Notes under the pieces: generated by a model | What the model was told of the DNA's origin: nothing | What the model saw: only the letters and a program-made list of their open reading frames with translations | Databases searched by the model: none | In this document: positions 1 through 13,474 of the stretch, piece by piece | Numbering within the stretch: the stretch's first letter is position 1 | Layout of the letters: the number at the start of each line of letters is the position of its first letter | NCBI RefSeq assembly: GCF_004010195.1 | Contig: NC_057751.1 | Span: 11,024,831-11,088,830, forward strand | Direction: 5' to 3' | DNA from: Chiloscyllium plagiosum | Lineage: Eukaryota | Length of the DNA stretch: 64,000 bases | Program-made: the position numbers and the translations under genes

Positions 1-152
1 TATCACCCTCACCTTAACCTCCTTCCACCTCTCACATTCCCAACGCCCCTCCCCCAAGTCCCTCTTCCCTACCTTTTATCTTAGCCTGCTTGGCACACCC
101 TCCTCATTCCTGAAGAAGGGCTTATGCCCGAAATGTCGATTCTCCTGCTCCT
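1..152 (+). mobile_element. Penelope-like element 3' end/terminal repeat
   Basis: Similar to the reverse complement of ~51890-52045, including the CTGAAGA...GAAA motif at 110-137. Confidence 0.85.
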
Positions 153-244
153 CTAACACCATTGGCTCATATTTCAATACAGTCCTCACAGCTCTGCTAC
201 TTCAATTTGCCCCGATGTGCCAGTGCTGGACTGGGATGGACAAA

Positions 245-337
245 GTCAGAGGTCAAAAGACACCAGGTTATAGTCCAACAGGTTTATTTGAAATCACAAG
301 CTTTCGGAGTATAACCTGGTGCTGTGTGACTTCTGAC
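245..337. repeat. Internally deleted palindromic repeat, probably a third Penelope-derived family
   Basis: Inverted arms caccaggttata / tataacctggtg; retains CTCCGAAAGCTT on the minus strand. Confidence 0.55.
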
Positions 338-955
338 TATGAATTTGCTCCCACCTTGTGCAAGTGTTGGTCTATGCTGTATGGGGCTGACAGGTTTCTG
401 GTCAGATTCTGGTCTCTCACCAAGTGGCCAGTCCATTATCTACAAGTACAGACAGCTATTTTCTCTCTCAAGCACACACACACTTAGTTTCCAGCAGAAC
501 TCACAGGACAGTAATCACTTAAGAGTAATCATGAAGTGGGATTCCTGTCATTGCATTTCTTTTTATTTTTCTTCCTCATTGTGGCATCAAGGACATATTT
601 CTCAAATGCAAGAAAACAAAATCTGGAATTCAGGTGAGGGGTTACTTGTGTGGTCAATTTCTAAATGGGATTTTGTAGCATTGCAAACACAGAGTGACAA
701 GTTGCTGCTACTCCAAGTTTCAGACAATGATGTTGCCCATGGAAAGAAGGTATGGCATGAAGCCTGCTAGTGATTGGTCACATTTTATGCTCAACTTGCA
801 CGCACAATGATTCACCAATCAACAACAGTCTGCCAACAGGTCAGGCAAGCAACATGGAGTGAAATAATCAAATGGCATGTTTTGTTTTTGAACCCTTTGG
901 AAACAATATATGTATTAATTATCCTTGAAATATTCCTCTTTGACGTAACTAATAC

Positions 956-1458
956 TTGTTAGGCAATTTTCCACTGGCATTATTCTCCTCAATTTCAAAT
1001 ACCTGGTCATTTTTTCTTACTGGCAACACCTCAGAGTCAGAATTGCCACCATTTCTTTTCGCATCCTGGTTCCCCTTGAGGTTTGCAAGGGAAGGCGGCA
1101 GTGATTTCCTAGCTGCTGCTGTTCTCCAAGTCATTTTGGGAGGAGGCTCCTGGATGTTTGCTTGCCTTTCATGTGCCAGTTGACCAGCGTCATTGTCAGT
1201 AGAGAGCGCCGAAGAGGCCTGCTTGCCCACTGTCTGGTCGTGTGGAGGACTGGACAACGGTCCAAGGCGCCTGTTTCTCTTTACTTCATGATTTAATGAT
1301 GTTGCAGTCATATCTGCTGATGCGTCAGGCTTTTCATCCACATAAATGAAAGTGTACTGTGCTATCCTTTCCTCCTGAGTCAACCTCAATGCATCTTCGA
1401 CTTGAGTTATGCCAACATCCCACTGGGGTCGAATTCTTTGTGCTATAGGCTTCAAAAT
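956..1458 (-). CDS. NSD3: NSD3 large exon following PWWP1 (3' boundary uncertain: 956 or 1003)
   Basis: Acceptor TGTCCTTGCAG|ATT; ILKPIAQRIRPQWDVGITQVEDALRLTQEERIAQYTFIYVD...EPPPKMTWRTAAARKSLP matches NSD3. Candidate donors AA|GTATTA (956) or CAG|GTATTT (1003). Confidence 0.92.
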
Positions 1459-1859
1459 CTGCAAGGACAAATTTTAAAAAGCTGAATTAATTACAACACA
1501 GCAATTATCTTGCTCACAAAATAAAACAAATCACCCCTACTTGCATTTATGTAATATCGTTAACATGTACAGGATATGCCAAAATGATCCACAAGAACAT
1601 TTTCAAGCATAGTTACTCCTACAACATAAGTAACAATCAATTATTGCAACCAGGCACAACATGAAAACATTCTTCCTGCCTTTAATATAAATTTGTCTGA
1701 ATTGAGGGATAACATTTGAGCCATGACACCAGGACAATTCCCCACAAGTTCTGTAAAGCAATTTTCTGCATCAGACTGATGTTTTAACTCTGATCACACA
1801 GGATTCCCTCTGGACCAAGCACCCTGTTTCAAAGGGAGAGTTTGCTCCCTCTGAATCAA

Positions 1860-2075
1860 GGTGGCTCAGCGGTTAGCAGTGCTGCCTTACAGCACTGTGG
1901 ATCCGGATTCAATCCCACCATTGGGTGACTGCCTGTGTGGAGTTTACACATTCTCCCAGTGCCTGGGTGGGTTTCCACCGGGTGCTCAGATTTCCTCCCA
2001 CAGTGCAAAGGTGAGCAGATGAGGCAGATTAGCTATGCTAAACTTCCCTGTAGAGTCAAGGGATATGGAGGATGT
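1860..2075 (+). mobile_element. HE1-like V-SINE, diverged (3' half of another copy at ~62360-62560)
   Basis: Colinear similarity to 26340-26540. Confidence 0.8.
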
Positions 2076-5000
2076 GTGGGTTTGCCATGGAAAACGTGGG
2101 GTTTCAGGGACTGGGTTATTATCGAGGAGATGACAGAGGCCATCAGAAGGCAGCTGCACCATTTAATCTTCTAGGTCAGGAGTTCTCGTTGTCTCATACC
2201 ACCTCTAGTTACATGATGGGCAGAAAAACAATACAATTCCACATCAAGGTTTCTCTCCCGGAGACTTTCAGCCCATAAGAAAAAGGAACAGGTAGAGGTC
2301 AGTCAGCCCTTTAATCCTGCCCTGCCATTCAAAAGGATCAGGGCTCATTTGACATTCCTTACGTGCACTCTCCTGCCCTTGTTCTGTATTCCTTGATTCC
2401 CCGACTGATCAAGAATCTATGTGTCTCAGCTTTAAATATACAGAAGGACCAGCAGAATGACAATAAGGCTGCAATAACTACTGCAATACAGAAGGACCAG
2501 CAGAACAAAGTTGTACTTCTTTTTGCTTAATGAGTGGAGCAGTCAGAAAATGGTATAACTACAGTATCCTCAGGAAAGGACTGAGGGAAGTAGTAGAAAA
2601 AAGGAGGAAACAGAGGCAGAGAGCCACAAAATTGCAATCTCAAAGTAGTTCCCACTCTCGCTCTCTCTCTCCACAACCAGAAATGAAAGCAGTCGCATAT
2701 GCCAATGAATAGGTACAGCCCTAAGGGCACTGGCCACAGAAAGCGTGACAGGGTGCACACTTCATCTGTCGCGTGCAGAACCCTCAAAGCAACACCACGC
2801 ACATTGATGCCCTGCATTTCATGACCAGACTTCAGGTGTTTTAACAAGGGATTTCCAATTCATCAGAACAATGTTCAGCATAGCTTGTGCCACACTCTTT
2901 AACACATGCAGCAAATCTCAATCATATTACTGAAAAATCTGAAACTTGTGTTGATTGCATCATTCAACGTTGTTCAACTAGGTTAACAAGATAGGACCGG
3001 ACTTTCGACAGCAAATAGGTGATTTCAGACAGGAGTAGTAAGGCAGAATGGCTCTCATATGATTGGAAACTCCCTTCAAACAAATTTAGCAATTCATTAT
3101 GGGTATCCACAAGGCATTGCGGGCCTTTGGCAGTGGAACTGTACACAAACACAACCAGTAACCTCATGTCTTCACAGATGCCCATCCTACAAATTCCATC
3201 AACATAGGAAACTCTGGGTCATGAAAGAGTGGAGGATGGTAGGGCAGAACATCCCTAAACATGACATGTCTGGTGAAGCTGCAACACAAGAATGACCTGC
3301 AAACCAAAACAGCAGAAGTAGCATGCAATTGACAATACCATGACTAATGGGCCCAATGTCTCGTCTGTCTTCCTATCACACCCATATAGCAACGGTGGTC
3401 AATCAAACAACTAAAATGTTGTGGAGGCTCCACAAATATCCGAACATTTAATCATGCGGAGGTCCAGCATGCAAGTGCAAAAGACAAGGCTGAAGCACTT
3501 GCATCCATGAAGTGAGGAGAGGATGATCTATCTCAACATCATCCAGAGGTCCCCAGCGTCACAGACTTCAACCAACTTGTTTTACTGCATACATCGTCAA
3601 GAAATGTCCAAAGGCATGAGAGCCTGTTCCAAGGTAATGAGTGCTGACAACGCTGCAGCAGTGGTAACTAAGACTCGTACTGATTCCAGGCCGAGCTGTT
3701 TTCATCGAGTGTCTGCCCAACAAGATGGAAAATTACCAAGCCTGGACACAAACATCAGAACAAATCAAGCCCAGCCAATTACTACCTGACCAATCTGCTC
3801 TCCATAATCAGCAAAGCAGTGAAAGGAGTTGACGACAGCACTATTAGGTTACACTCAGAAAATAATAACCTGTTCACAAATGCCCAGTTTGGATTGCCCC
3901 AGAGCCATTTCGCTCCTGACCTGCTCACAACTTTCATCCAAAACAGAAAATATCACTCAACTCTACAGCTGAGCAAAGACTGCCCTTGACAATATTGAGG
4001 CTTAGGCTAGATTGGTGACATTCATATCTTGCAAGTGCCCAAAAATAACCATCCTCAATGACCAAATCTAACCATTACCTCTTGACATGCAATGGCACTG
4101 TTGCTAAATCCCAAACAACAACTATGCAGGAGATTACCAACAACCACAATCTAAACTGGACTAGCCACATGAATACAGTGGTTACCACAGTAGTTTAGGG
4201 AATTCTGAACCAAATAACTCACCTCCTGTTTTCTTGGATCATCTGCTCTGCTGCTCTGAGAGGGATACACATCAGTCAGGACACAAGGGCAACTCTCCTG
4301 GTTTTCTTCCAAAAGGGCAATAGGATATTTTCAGACCAATCAAGGGAACAGACAATGACATAATTTTGTGTCTGAAAGATGGCAGGTTTCACACAAAGCG
4401 GAAGTAAAACCTAGGATTGCAGGACTTTGGTGAAATCTTGCAGTTTTACAAGGTGAAATGACACCCTATACTTGCTTAGGTAAGGAGCTTCTCTCTCCAT
4501 CTGCTCTATCTGGACTAAGATTTGACTGCTCATTGGATACATATAGCAAGATGATGGCCAATGTGACCTTTTCCATGCAGAAAGAAATGAGGTGGTATCT
4601 ATTGTGCCTTTGCAACAGATCAGGCTTTCTTCCCTGACTGCACAAATGATTGAAGTCCTCATGTTTTTACTGCCCATAGTGCACACGATCAAAACAGCTA
4701 CTTTTTTCTTAATTCCAAAGACCAGTCTGGTGCAAACTGCCAAAACCTTCTGTAGAGAGTATTTCGGAGTATGATTGGTTTTAGCTCATCTTTGCCACCG
4801 TAATGTCCCCAAGGGCATGGATCAAATGCAAGTCCTCCTCAATGGAGGCACAAGCTTCCTGTAAATATGTCAAATATGAGCTTTTATTTGAAATCACTTG
4901 GTCATTTACATCAAAGGATATTGAGAGAAATCAGGAACAAGGACTGAGAAGGATGACCAACAGTAATCGTGTCAAATGGCAGGGCAAGTTTCAAAGACTG

Positions 5001-5806
5001 AATGGCCTATTCCTGCTTCTATTTTCTATGTTTCTAAAAGCTCGTCCATTGCCTGAAGCTTATTCACCTCAATTCCATAACAGAGTACAGGTGTGATATT
5101 TCTGAGAACCTTTTAAATTCCTTAAAAGACAAACTTGACAGCTGCTGCCATGCATGCCAGGTCAAGAGGTAAAAACAGGAGTGGGAGCATTCACATCTGG
5201 ACGTTGCTCCCAAACAACACCCACCCCCATACATCTACCAGTCACAAGCTACGAATAGGAGAAAGTGAGGACTGCAGATGCTGGAGACCAGCGTCCAAAA
5301 GTATGGTGGTGGAAAAGCACAGCAGGTCAAGCAGCATCCAAGAAGCAGGAGAATCAACATTTCCAGCATAAGGCCTTCATCAAGCCCTTTTCCAGCACTA
5401 CACTTGTTGACATACAGGGAGTACTCCATCGTTCACTTCTCCCAGTCTTTTTTTCCTGCAAGCAACCGATTCCTGTGCGACACAAGGAGACACACAGTCA
5501 TTCCAACAGTGTGTTCACTCATTTCAGAAGGATTTACATATCTGACAGGAGATGACACAGAAGGAAGAAAAGAGGGAACCCAAAGCAGAAAACATTTTTG
5601 ACAAACAAGGATCAGAAACTTTGCACTAAATGCTTTTTGTCAAAGCTTTTTGCACAGAAATTAGATTTTGTTTTTTCTTCCAATTTGTCACTAGACTTGG
5701 GAGCAGCACTTGTTGCCCATCCCTAGATCCCCTTGAACTAAGTGGCTTGCTTGGCTATCTCAGAGAGCAGTTAAGGTCCAACCACATGGGTGTGTGTCTG
5801 AAATCA

Positions 5807-5989
5807 TCGAGGAGAAAGTGAGGTCTGCAGACGCTGGAGATCAAAGCTGAAACTTTATTGCTGGAACAGCACAGCAGGTCAGGCAGCATCTAGGGAACAG
5901 AAGATTCGGCATGTGCCCGAAACGTCGAATCTTCTGTTCCCTAGATGCTGCCTGACCTGCTGTGCTGTTCCAGCAATAAAGTTTCAGCT
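5807..5989. mobile_element. Short fold-back Penelope-derived element with TSD
   Basis: Perfect 64-bp inverted arms 5845-5908 / 5926-5989; 14-bp TSD tgtgtctgaaatca at 5793-5806 and 5990-6003. Confidence 0.88.
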
Positions 5990-6529
5990 TGTGTCTGAAA
6001 TCACACAATTTCCTTCCCAAGAGAATACTGAAGGTTGCATCATCACCATTATTTGGACTATTTCCCAGATTTATGAATCAAATGGAAATTCCACAGGCTG
6101 AGATTTTGAACCCATATCCCAAAAGCATTACTCTGGACCTCTGACAAACTCACCTAAAAAGTCACTGAAGGAAGAGACTGTTAAAATGCATAAGTTGAAT
6201 CAGAAAACAGTCACAACAGCCTTTCTCCTGAACTGGCAAGATACACCTGGTCAGATCTCTTTGGAGAAAAGCCCTAAAGGGAAGATCTCAATGGAACAAC
6301 TGTACAAATATGCAAATTTAAAAATGAAAACCCATGAAGAAACATCAGCACACTTTCTTCAAGGTAAATCTCTCAACATTAACCATCTGAAAGCATCAGT
6401 TGTGCACAGTCTCTGATAAAAGACATGAGATTATCATCCATACGTGTTTGCAAGTACTGCAACTCAAATTTACATTTTTCTGGACGGCAGTATTGGGTAA
6501 TCTTTACGATAGCTTCACATCATCAATAC

Positions 6530-6684
6530 CTTTTGCTTCTCTGCAGCATTGCTGGCCTGCTTGGCAGTCTCGGCAACAAGGGCACTGTACTGTGAACGTC
6601 CTTTGTAAGGCGCCACCCTCTTCTCATGGATCCAGGCTCGTTCTGGCACCGTCCCAAAGAACTGCACGTGGTACTCACGAGCAC
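6530..6684 (-). CDS. NSD3: NSD3 internal exon, second half of PWWP1 domain
   Basis: TTGTGCAG|GT...AAG|GTATTG; 155 nt encoding (G)AREYHVQFFGTVPERAWIHEKRVAPYKGRSQYSALVAETAKQASNAAEKQK. Phase 1 to 0, compatible with neighbouring exons. Confidence 0.96.
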
Positions 6685-9003
6685 CTGCACAAACAGATAG
6701 AAGATTACAGATTCTAAATCAGACAGACCTAGGACATCACCCATCTGGAAGACAGGCATAAAACAAACAAAACTATATCCAGTGGGATCGTACATGTGGC
6801 CTCTTGCAGATTAATTGATTTGGCAATTCACTGCTGTGCTGATTTGCTGAAATGTAGTCAATTAACTTAAAGTGCACTGGTCACTGTCTGAATGAATTTC
6901 ACTGCAACGGCGCAGTTATAAAAATTGAGGTAGATGCTTTCTTTAGTTGTGATTAGCTTTACTCTTTCCAAAACATTTGGTTTCCTCCAATAACTTAGTC
7001 TGCATGTGTTCTTCTCAAGCTAGGTAAGCTGCTCCCGTAACAAGGCATATATTACTGCACAAAGCAGACGAAGTCAAGGCACCAAAATGGCTCAGGTTGA
7101 CTCAAGCCATTTTATCTCTGGAGAAATGGCCTTGACTTGCTGGGTGCAAGGCAAAATCAAGAAATCTGTAGGGGATGACTTGGACAGCCAGAACCATTCC
7201 TGGCAGTAAATACACTGCATTGCACACAGTACTTGCAAGCACCTGCACAAACAAGTGTACGTTACAGCTTCTAATATCAGGCAGACTGAGGACATGACTC
7301 ATCTGGGTGATAGGCACAAAACAATCAAACCTATGATTCAGTCACTCCTGGCTGCACGAAAGAGCGGCTTTTCAACATGCTTAATAATTAATTTTTTCCT
7401 GTCCTCACCTTTAGCCGAATCAATATATTACAAAGTGGTAAAAATAGGTAATAATTTGAGATAATCACTTTTTAACATACCTTTATTTTGTAGTTAGCTC
7501 CTTCTTTGGATCCAGGCTAATTAAATCCAATACATATAAACAGAGATGGACTTCAAAGGCTTGCACTGAATATCTTAATTATCCTGCCACATGGTTAACG
7601 TCTATCATATAAAGGAGATCTCAACAAACATGTTTGCTGAAGGGAATGCAGTAATATTCTTGTGAACAATATTTACCCACAGCCACTTGCACTAATGTCT
7701 CACACGGTTTGATGGGATACAGTTCCACTTCTGAGCTTTCACATGCTTCATAACATGCAATACCAAACTCACCAAGTGCTTTGGCTTCAGGAAAATGAAG
7801 CTGACCAACTGAGGACCTGTCAATTCACATTCTGGGGACAACTGCACAAATCATAAACTGCTCATTTGTGTCTGGGGATCCTCATTTCCGAAAGTTGTGG
7901 TTACCTGGAGGAGACGGGATATCATCCTCAGGCATCTAACTCACGTTTCAGTGAATACTCAAAGTGACACTTACTGAAGGTTCACGTGTGTACTTTCAAG
8001 GAGAAACCCTGGCAAATTTCTTCACCTGACAATAAGGCTGCAATAACTACTGCAATACGGTAATCCAATGAGTACATCCATCAGGATTAGATTTTTTGCA
8101 ACTATTTTTCAAAAGAATGTCAGAGGAGAGAAAACAGGTTTCATTCACAATGGATTATCTTTTCCTTCTGACCATTCAACCTCACCTTCCCAAAGTCTGT
8201 CCACGTATGTAGGTCAGGAGTGTGATGGAACACTCACCACTTGCATGGATCAATGCAGCTCCAACAGCAATAAAAAAGCTCAATATCATCTTGAACTAAG
8301 CAGCCCATTTGACTGGTAACCCATCCACCATTTTCAACATTCAATTCCTCCTATCACCAGTGGCATGGCAGTAACTCACAAAGCCTCCTTTGACAGCAGC
8401 TGCTGATGTCTCATATTCTCCTGCTTCAGTGAACTAGGCCAACAAACATAGGAGAACACCACGATCTCCAAGTCACGCACCATCTGGACCTACTTCAATG
8501 CTGCATCGAATGTGGCTGCACCTTCACTCTCGGGACTGTTCCTGAAGGTGACTCACTGCAAACAACTCGAGGACAATCAGGGCAGACAGCAAATGCCAGC
8601 TTCGCCAGTGATGCTCACATCCTCTGAATGAATACGTAGTTTGAAAAAAAAAAAACCCTTTTGTTGACATGCTATTTTTGGACGAGTGCCCAGCAAAAGA
8701 ATAGTTTCATGTTAATAATTCAATTTAACTACTCAAGTGAAACGAAACTTGGCCAAATCTCATTTGATCAAGCATTCAGCATTATGCTGGAAGCCTCCAT
8801 AAAGAAGCCACCTGCTTGGTTGTAAATCATCAAAGAGAACCATTCCATCTTTAGGAAAGGAGTATTTCAAGCAGAATTGCTTTGGCTGTAACAATAACAA
8901 AATCCATGGACAGCATCTGCACATGCTGCACAAAATGTGAAGCGAAGAACAAAAGAAACGTAAGCAAAATATTGAATGTGATATCGGGACACAGAATCTC
9001 CTA

Positions 9004-9555
9004 CAATAGACAATAGGTGCAGGAGTAGGCCATTCAGCCCTTCGAGCCTGCACCGCCATTCAATACGATCATGGCTGATCATCCTCAATCAGTATCCTGT
9101 TCCTGCCTTATCTCCATAACCCTTGATCCCACTATCTTTGAGAGCTCTATCCAACTCTTTCTTAAATGAATCCAGAGGCTGGGCCTCCACTGCCCTCTGG
9201 GGCAGAGCATTCCACACACCCACCACTCTCTGGGTGAAGAAGTTTCTCCTCATCTCTGTCCTAAATGGTCTACCCCATATTTATAAGATTTGTCCTCTGG
9301 TTCGGGACTCACCCATCAGCGGAAACATGTTTCCTGCTGCCAGAGTGTCCAATATTTGGAGACCAGAACTGCACACAGTACTCCAGGTGTGGTCTCACCA
9401 GAGCCCTGTACAGCTGCAGAAGCACCTCTTTGCTTCTATACTCAATCCCTCTTGTTATGAAGGCCAGCATGCTATTAGCCTTCTTCACTACCTGCTGTAC
9501 CTGCATGCTTACCTTCATTGACTGGTGTACAAGAACACCCAGATCTCTTTGTACT
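9004..9555 (-). mobile_element. CR1 LINE 3' fragment (ctattgt-tail subfamily)
   Basis: RDLGVLVHQSMK...[19 protein letters not shown]; highly similar to 12206-12430 plus 14143-14552. Confidence 0.9.
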
Positions 9556-10745
9556 GCAACCAACCTCACGAACTGGTTGAACAACGCATTACCATCTACG
9601 CACATACATTGAGTTTTGCTCAATAGCTTTCTTTAAAAAGTGTAGCAAATCCCCTCACAATCGTCCTGTCTTTAAAGCATACCTTTACCCACTTCAGTCC
9701 ACAATCAAAAAACAGGGGAAAAAAAACTTTGAAGTTATTACGAATCCAGAGCCTGACAGAATGCAACCCTAAAACGAGCTGGCAGACTCAAACAGATATC
9801 CTTTTCTATCATCTTTATGAGTTCACGTTCTGAGAGAAAAAAAATGATGAAAACTCAAATCAGGCGTTATAATTTTAAGACTTGGAAAGAGAATTAATTT
9901 TACCCAGCATTTGGCAATTTCTTATAGCCAAAGACAAATTAAACAGCCAAATCTGTGCCAAGCTTCCCACAATTGATGTGTGGTCGAGCATTACTGACAA
10001 CACTGTCACAATCTTCCGGCATTGCATGAGTGAACGAATTACAGGGGTTAGTTTGAATACACTGTTGGGACCAGAGTTTTCCCAAGTTTATATCGGAAGG
10101 AGTTGAATCTTGAGCCAAGTGTCCAGCTTGCAATAAACAAGGTCAAGACAAATAAACCCAGTGAGGGGTATTAGCAATCTCACCACAAATCAGCACTTGA
10201 AATTCCAAGTAGTAGTTGTGAACGTAAATATGGTGCAATAATTTAAGAGTGAGTCGTCAGATGCTGTCAGGTGGGAGTAGAGGGAAACTTGGTTTGACAG
10301 CAATCCTACTCGATGTCCTTGTCCATATCTCTCCTGAGTATTTCAGTCTCATGTCTAAGTGACTGCCTTTGTTTTTGCCCTGCCATTCACTAAAATTGCT
10401 GAGATTTTGGTGCTGTTAATGCAAAACTGCATGCAAAGTTACATGGCAGCAATTTCCACATGACTCTAAACCAAAATGTGAAGTTTCCCAATAGCCCATT
10501 GAACAGAGTTAACAGTGCTTAAAAAACATTATGGACTGGACATGATGTCAACACAGGAAAACACTTCAACCCAGGAACACCACCAATTTTTAATTCTTAG
10601 TGTGACATTCCAGCAAGTGTATCGACCTGATTGAAAACACAGACCAGCCACTCTCACAAGCAGAAAGAGCAAGGTCATAGCAATAAATGAATTGTACTTC
10701 TCAAGGGAAATTACACAGTAACCATATATTGTCTCACAATCTTAC

Positions 10746-10902
10746 CTCTTGTGTTGACCTTGGTGTGAACTTGCAGCAATGGATCACAGGACACCATGCA
10801 GGGCCACCAGGGATAGGTACCAACTTTCGCCCATACCAAGTCTCCAATCTGGAAACAACTCGACATGACAGTCTGATTTCCAGACACAGGTAAACGATGG
10901 AC
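10746..10902 (-). CDS. NSD3: NSD3 internal exon, first half of PWWP1 domain
   Basis: CTGTCTTCCAG|GTC...AGAG|GTAAG; 157 nt encoding [52 protein letters not shown](G). Phase 0 to 1. Not in the frame shown by the ORF track. Confidence 0.96.
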
Positions 10903-10952
10903 CTGGAAGACAGAGTGAACAATTTGTCTTCGTCATGTCCCATTGTATAAAC

Positions 10953-11450
10953 ATAGAATCCTAGAATCATACAGCGCGGAAACAACTCATGCACGCCAAC
11001 CAGACATCCCAACGTGACCTCATCCCATTTCCCAGCATTTGGCCCATATCCCTTAAAACCCTTCTGACTGATATAGCCAACCAAGTGCCTTCTAAATATT
11101 GTAATTGTACCTGCCTCCACCACTTACCCTGGCAGCTCATTGCACACAGGCACCACCCTCTGCACGAAGATGTTGTTCTTCGTGTCCTCTTTTTATATCT
11201 TTCCCTTCTCACCTTGAACTTACGCCCTCAAGTTTTGGACTCCCCAATCCTGGGAAAGAGACCTTGCCTAATTACCATTTCCACATCCCTCACGATTTTA
11301 TCAACCTCTCTAAAGGTCATCTCTCAGCCTCCGACCATCTAGGGAAAACAGCCGCAGCCTATTCAGCGTCTGCCTTTAGCTCAAACCCTCCGATCCTGGC
11401 AACATTCTTGTAAATCTTTTATGAACCCTTTCAAGTTTCACAACATCCTT
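10953..11450 (-). mobile_element. CR1 LINE 3' fragment ending ~50 nt upstream of the PWWP exon acceptor
   Basis: VEAGTITIFRRHLVGY...GYGPNAGKWD; similar to 41692-42135. Confidence 0.88.
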
Positions 11451-12789
11451 TCTTCAAAACCAACGTAACCAATAGTTCAAGGATTTCATCAAAAATATCG
11501 TGTGAAACCTGGATTGAAAATTCCAACCCTTCAAATGATTAGGGTTTGGCCTTGCAGGGGATCATTCATGCATGGTTTGGAAACCGAACCCAGAAAATCT
11601 TCAGAAAACTATCATTCTACATGCACGATGAAAAACTGAAGTTCCAAGTCCACAAGTAATCTCAACCTGACTGAAACCTAACTGACTCCAACAGAATCAC
11701 TTCAATAACTAAAGCAATCCAGCAGGAAAGGTAACACGACTAACTGAGTTCTTCCAAGAAAACTGTATTTTCTACTTGCCTTTTTAAACCCAAATGTACC
11801 TAATCACTGGAGAAAAGAGAAAGTAAAAGCACGAGAGGGAGCAGAAGGATAAACACATGCACTGGCAGAGTAAAGGCCATACAACAGAAGACAAAATACA
11901 AACTCTCACAGCAGAGGAAAAGAGACAAAATAAAAGCAGCAGGTAGTACAACAATAAAAAGAGAGAAATTTTCAAAATCACTATCTGACATCCCATGAGG
12001 GCACTAAAGGAGTGTTCCTGAAGCAGATGCACTCTCAAAGATTATTGAGGACTATTTTTGGAGTGAGAACAAGCTGCAGAATTTCAGGAAACTCTTCTGT
12101 TGCATTTACTTTAAAGGTTAAACCATTTATTTTCAGGGGAGGCAGTGAAGTCATGGTATTGACATTCAATTAGTAATCCAAAGACCTAAGATAATGTTCT
12201 GGGAACAATAGACAATAGGTGCAGGAGTAGGCCATTCTGCCCTTCGAGCCTGCACTGCCATTCAATATGATCATGGCTGATCATCCTTAATCAGTATCCT
12301 GTTCCTGCCTTATCTCTATAACCATTGATTCCACAATCCTTGAGAGCTCTATTCAACTCTTTCTTAAATGAATCCAGAGGATGGGCCTCCACTGCCCTCT
12401 GGGGCAGAGCATTCCACACACCCACCACTTCAGTGGGGAGACACTGAATGAATACTTTTCGTCAGTATTCAATCAGGAACAGGACATTGTTGCCGATGTG
12501 AATACTGAGTCACAATTAATTACAATGGATGGCTTGGAGGTATGTAGAGAAGAGGTGTTGGAAATTCTGGAAAGGGTGAAAATAGATAAGTCCCCCCCTG
12601 AATGAGCTGCAGACAATCCCATTGGTGATCAAAGAGAGTTCAGGGTTGGAACATACAACACAGAACTGTGGAGCACAGAAAAGGTCCTTGATGTTGTGCT
12701 GACATTTTATCCTACTCTCAGGTCAAACTAACCTCCATCCCCTTCATTCACAATCATCTATGTGGGTATCTAAGATTCCCTTAAATATC

Positions 12790-12842
12790 CCACTGGCTGG
12801 CTGTGCATTCCAACCACTGGCTGGCTGTGCATTCCAACCACT
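12790..12842. repeat. Perfect 24-bp tandem duplication
   Basis: ccactggctggctgtgcattccaa x2 plus ccact. Confidence 0.9.
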
Positions 12843-13474
12843 CTGTGTAAAGAACCGACCTCTGAAATCTCCCTGAAACTCAATCCCTCTGCTAATGAAA
12901 GGCACACACCATGTGCCTTCATAACAAACCTGTCAACTTGGGTGGATTTAGACCCCATGATCCCTCTGTTCCTCCATCCTGCCAAGAATCCTGCCTTTAA
13001 CCTGATAATCTACATTCAAATTTGAGGGTATGGCACTTTACAAATGAGATCCGTCAACCAGATTTCAGAAACCTCTCTGCATTTCCTCAAGTGAGCTTTG
13101 TTTAAATCCTTTATCCAGTAATTAACCACTGCCTGCTGTCCAAACATGTTCAGGGTGTGGGGTATGTATGATTTAGACAGTGGATCCACGATCTATTAAC
13201 ATTATCTATTATTCTCATCCACCCTCCCCGACCCTAGTAATAAAACTACAGGAACCAATTGCCTAACCCCACAGAGAGCATAATCACAGCAACACTCACT
13301 TATGGCCAGCCTGCTGGGGTGAAATCCTCTGGTAGGGTGTTGGGTGTCCTTCTTGCAGTGGGGAATTGATTCCTGGTATCCCGGCTCTAACCCACTGCTG
13401 GTGAGCTTTTCTGGGAGTTGGTTTAACTAACAGAGGGGTTCACCTCCATGTCGTAACAGGTTAGGGGATCGTCG

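Noticed and set aside
2520..3300. Repeat-poor stretch with short ORFs, considered as a DNA-transposase remnant
   Set aside because: No catalytic motifs or terminal inverted repeats could be identified.
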